NCBI GenBank assembly: GCA_963829055.1 | Contig: CAWHHI010000003.1 | Coordinates: 64,001-128,000 of the forward strand | Source of the DNA: an uncultured Gemmatimonadaceae bacterium | GTDB lineage: Bacteria > Gemmatimonadota > Gemmatimonadetes > Gemmatimonadales > Gemmatimonadaceae | DNA length: 64,000 bases | Direction of reading: 5' to 3' | Part shown: positions 63,837 through 64,000 of the stretch, piece after piece | How the letters are laid out: every line of letters begins with the position of its first letter | Numbering within the stretch: position 1 is the stretch's first letter | Translations under genes and position numbers: made by a program | The notes under the pieces: generated by a model | The model's input: the letters and a program-made list of their open reading frames with translations, nothing else | Told to the model about the DNA's origin: nothing | Database searches by the model: none

Positions 63837-64000
63837 GAGTTCGTCCCCAGGGGGGTCGGGATGCGGCGACTGCACAAATAGAGGAAGCTGCGTCTTTAAT
63901 AGAATGGGCGACGGTGTCGCAATGTGGCAAGAAATGCGGCAGAACCCACGCCGCCGCCACCCACGTGCCGTCCCCGCCCTGCTCGTTATGCACCGGATTT

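Noticed and set aside
1..64000. tRNA, rRNA, CRISPR arrays, transposases, integrases, prophage or defence genes
   Set aside because: None recognised by eye or in the ORF track.

Overview
A GC-rich (roughly 68% by eye) bacterial chromosomal segment. The gene content suggests Gemmatimonadota (inference only): PadR/ADOP permease pairs, a VPS10/BNR hydrolase, a TldD with a Tat-type signal, and a GWxTD-like protein. It carries a LacI-regulated glucan-utilisation cluster (TonB receptor, GH144-like glucanase, ABC transporter, discoidin-domain protein) and an alternative sigma-70 factor. It also encodes sugar oxidoreductases, a PhoX-like protein, FUSC, TldD/PmbA, MFS, sthA, two PadR-ADOP pairs, CocE, CitMHS, map, an M20 peptidase and a PP2C phosphatase. 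Many genes are broken by single-base frameshifts, most likely sequencing errors. No rRNA, tRNA, CRISPR array or transposase was seen. The most striking unexplained signal is a non-palindromic heptamer, CGTTAGG/CCTAACG. I counted 57 exact copies by hand, about one per 1.1 kb, on both strands and in every reading frame. Intergenic spaces also hold REP-like palindromes, 7- and 9-nt-period inverted repeats, and three long structured regions that are candidate ncRNAs or non-autonomous elements.
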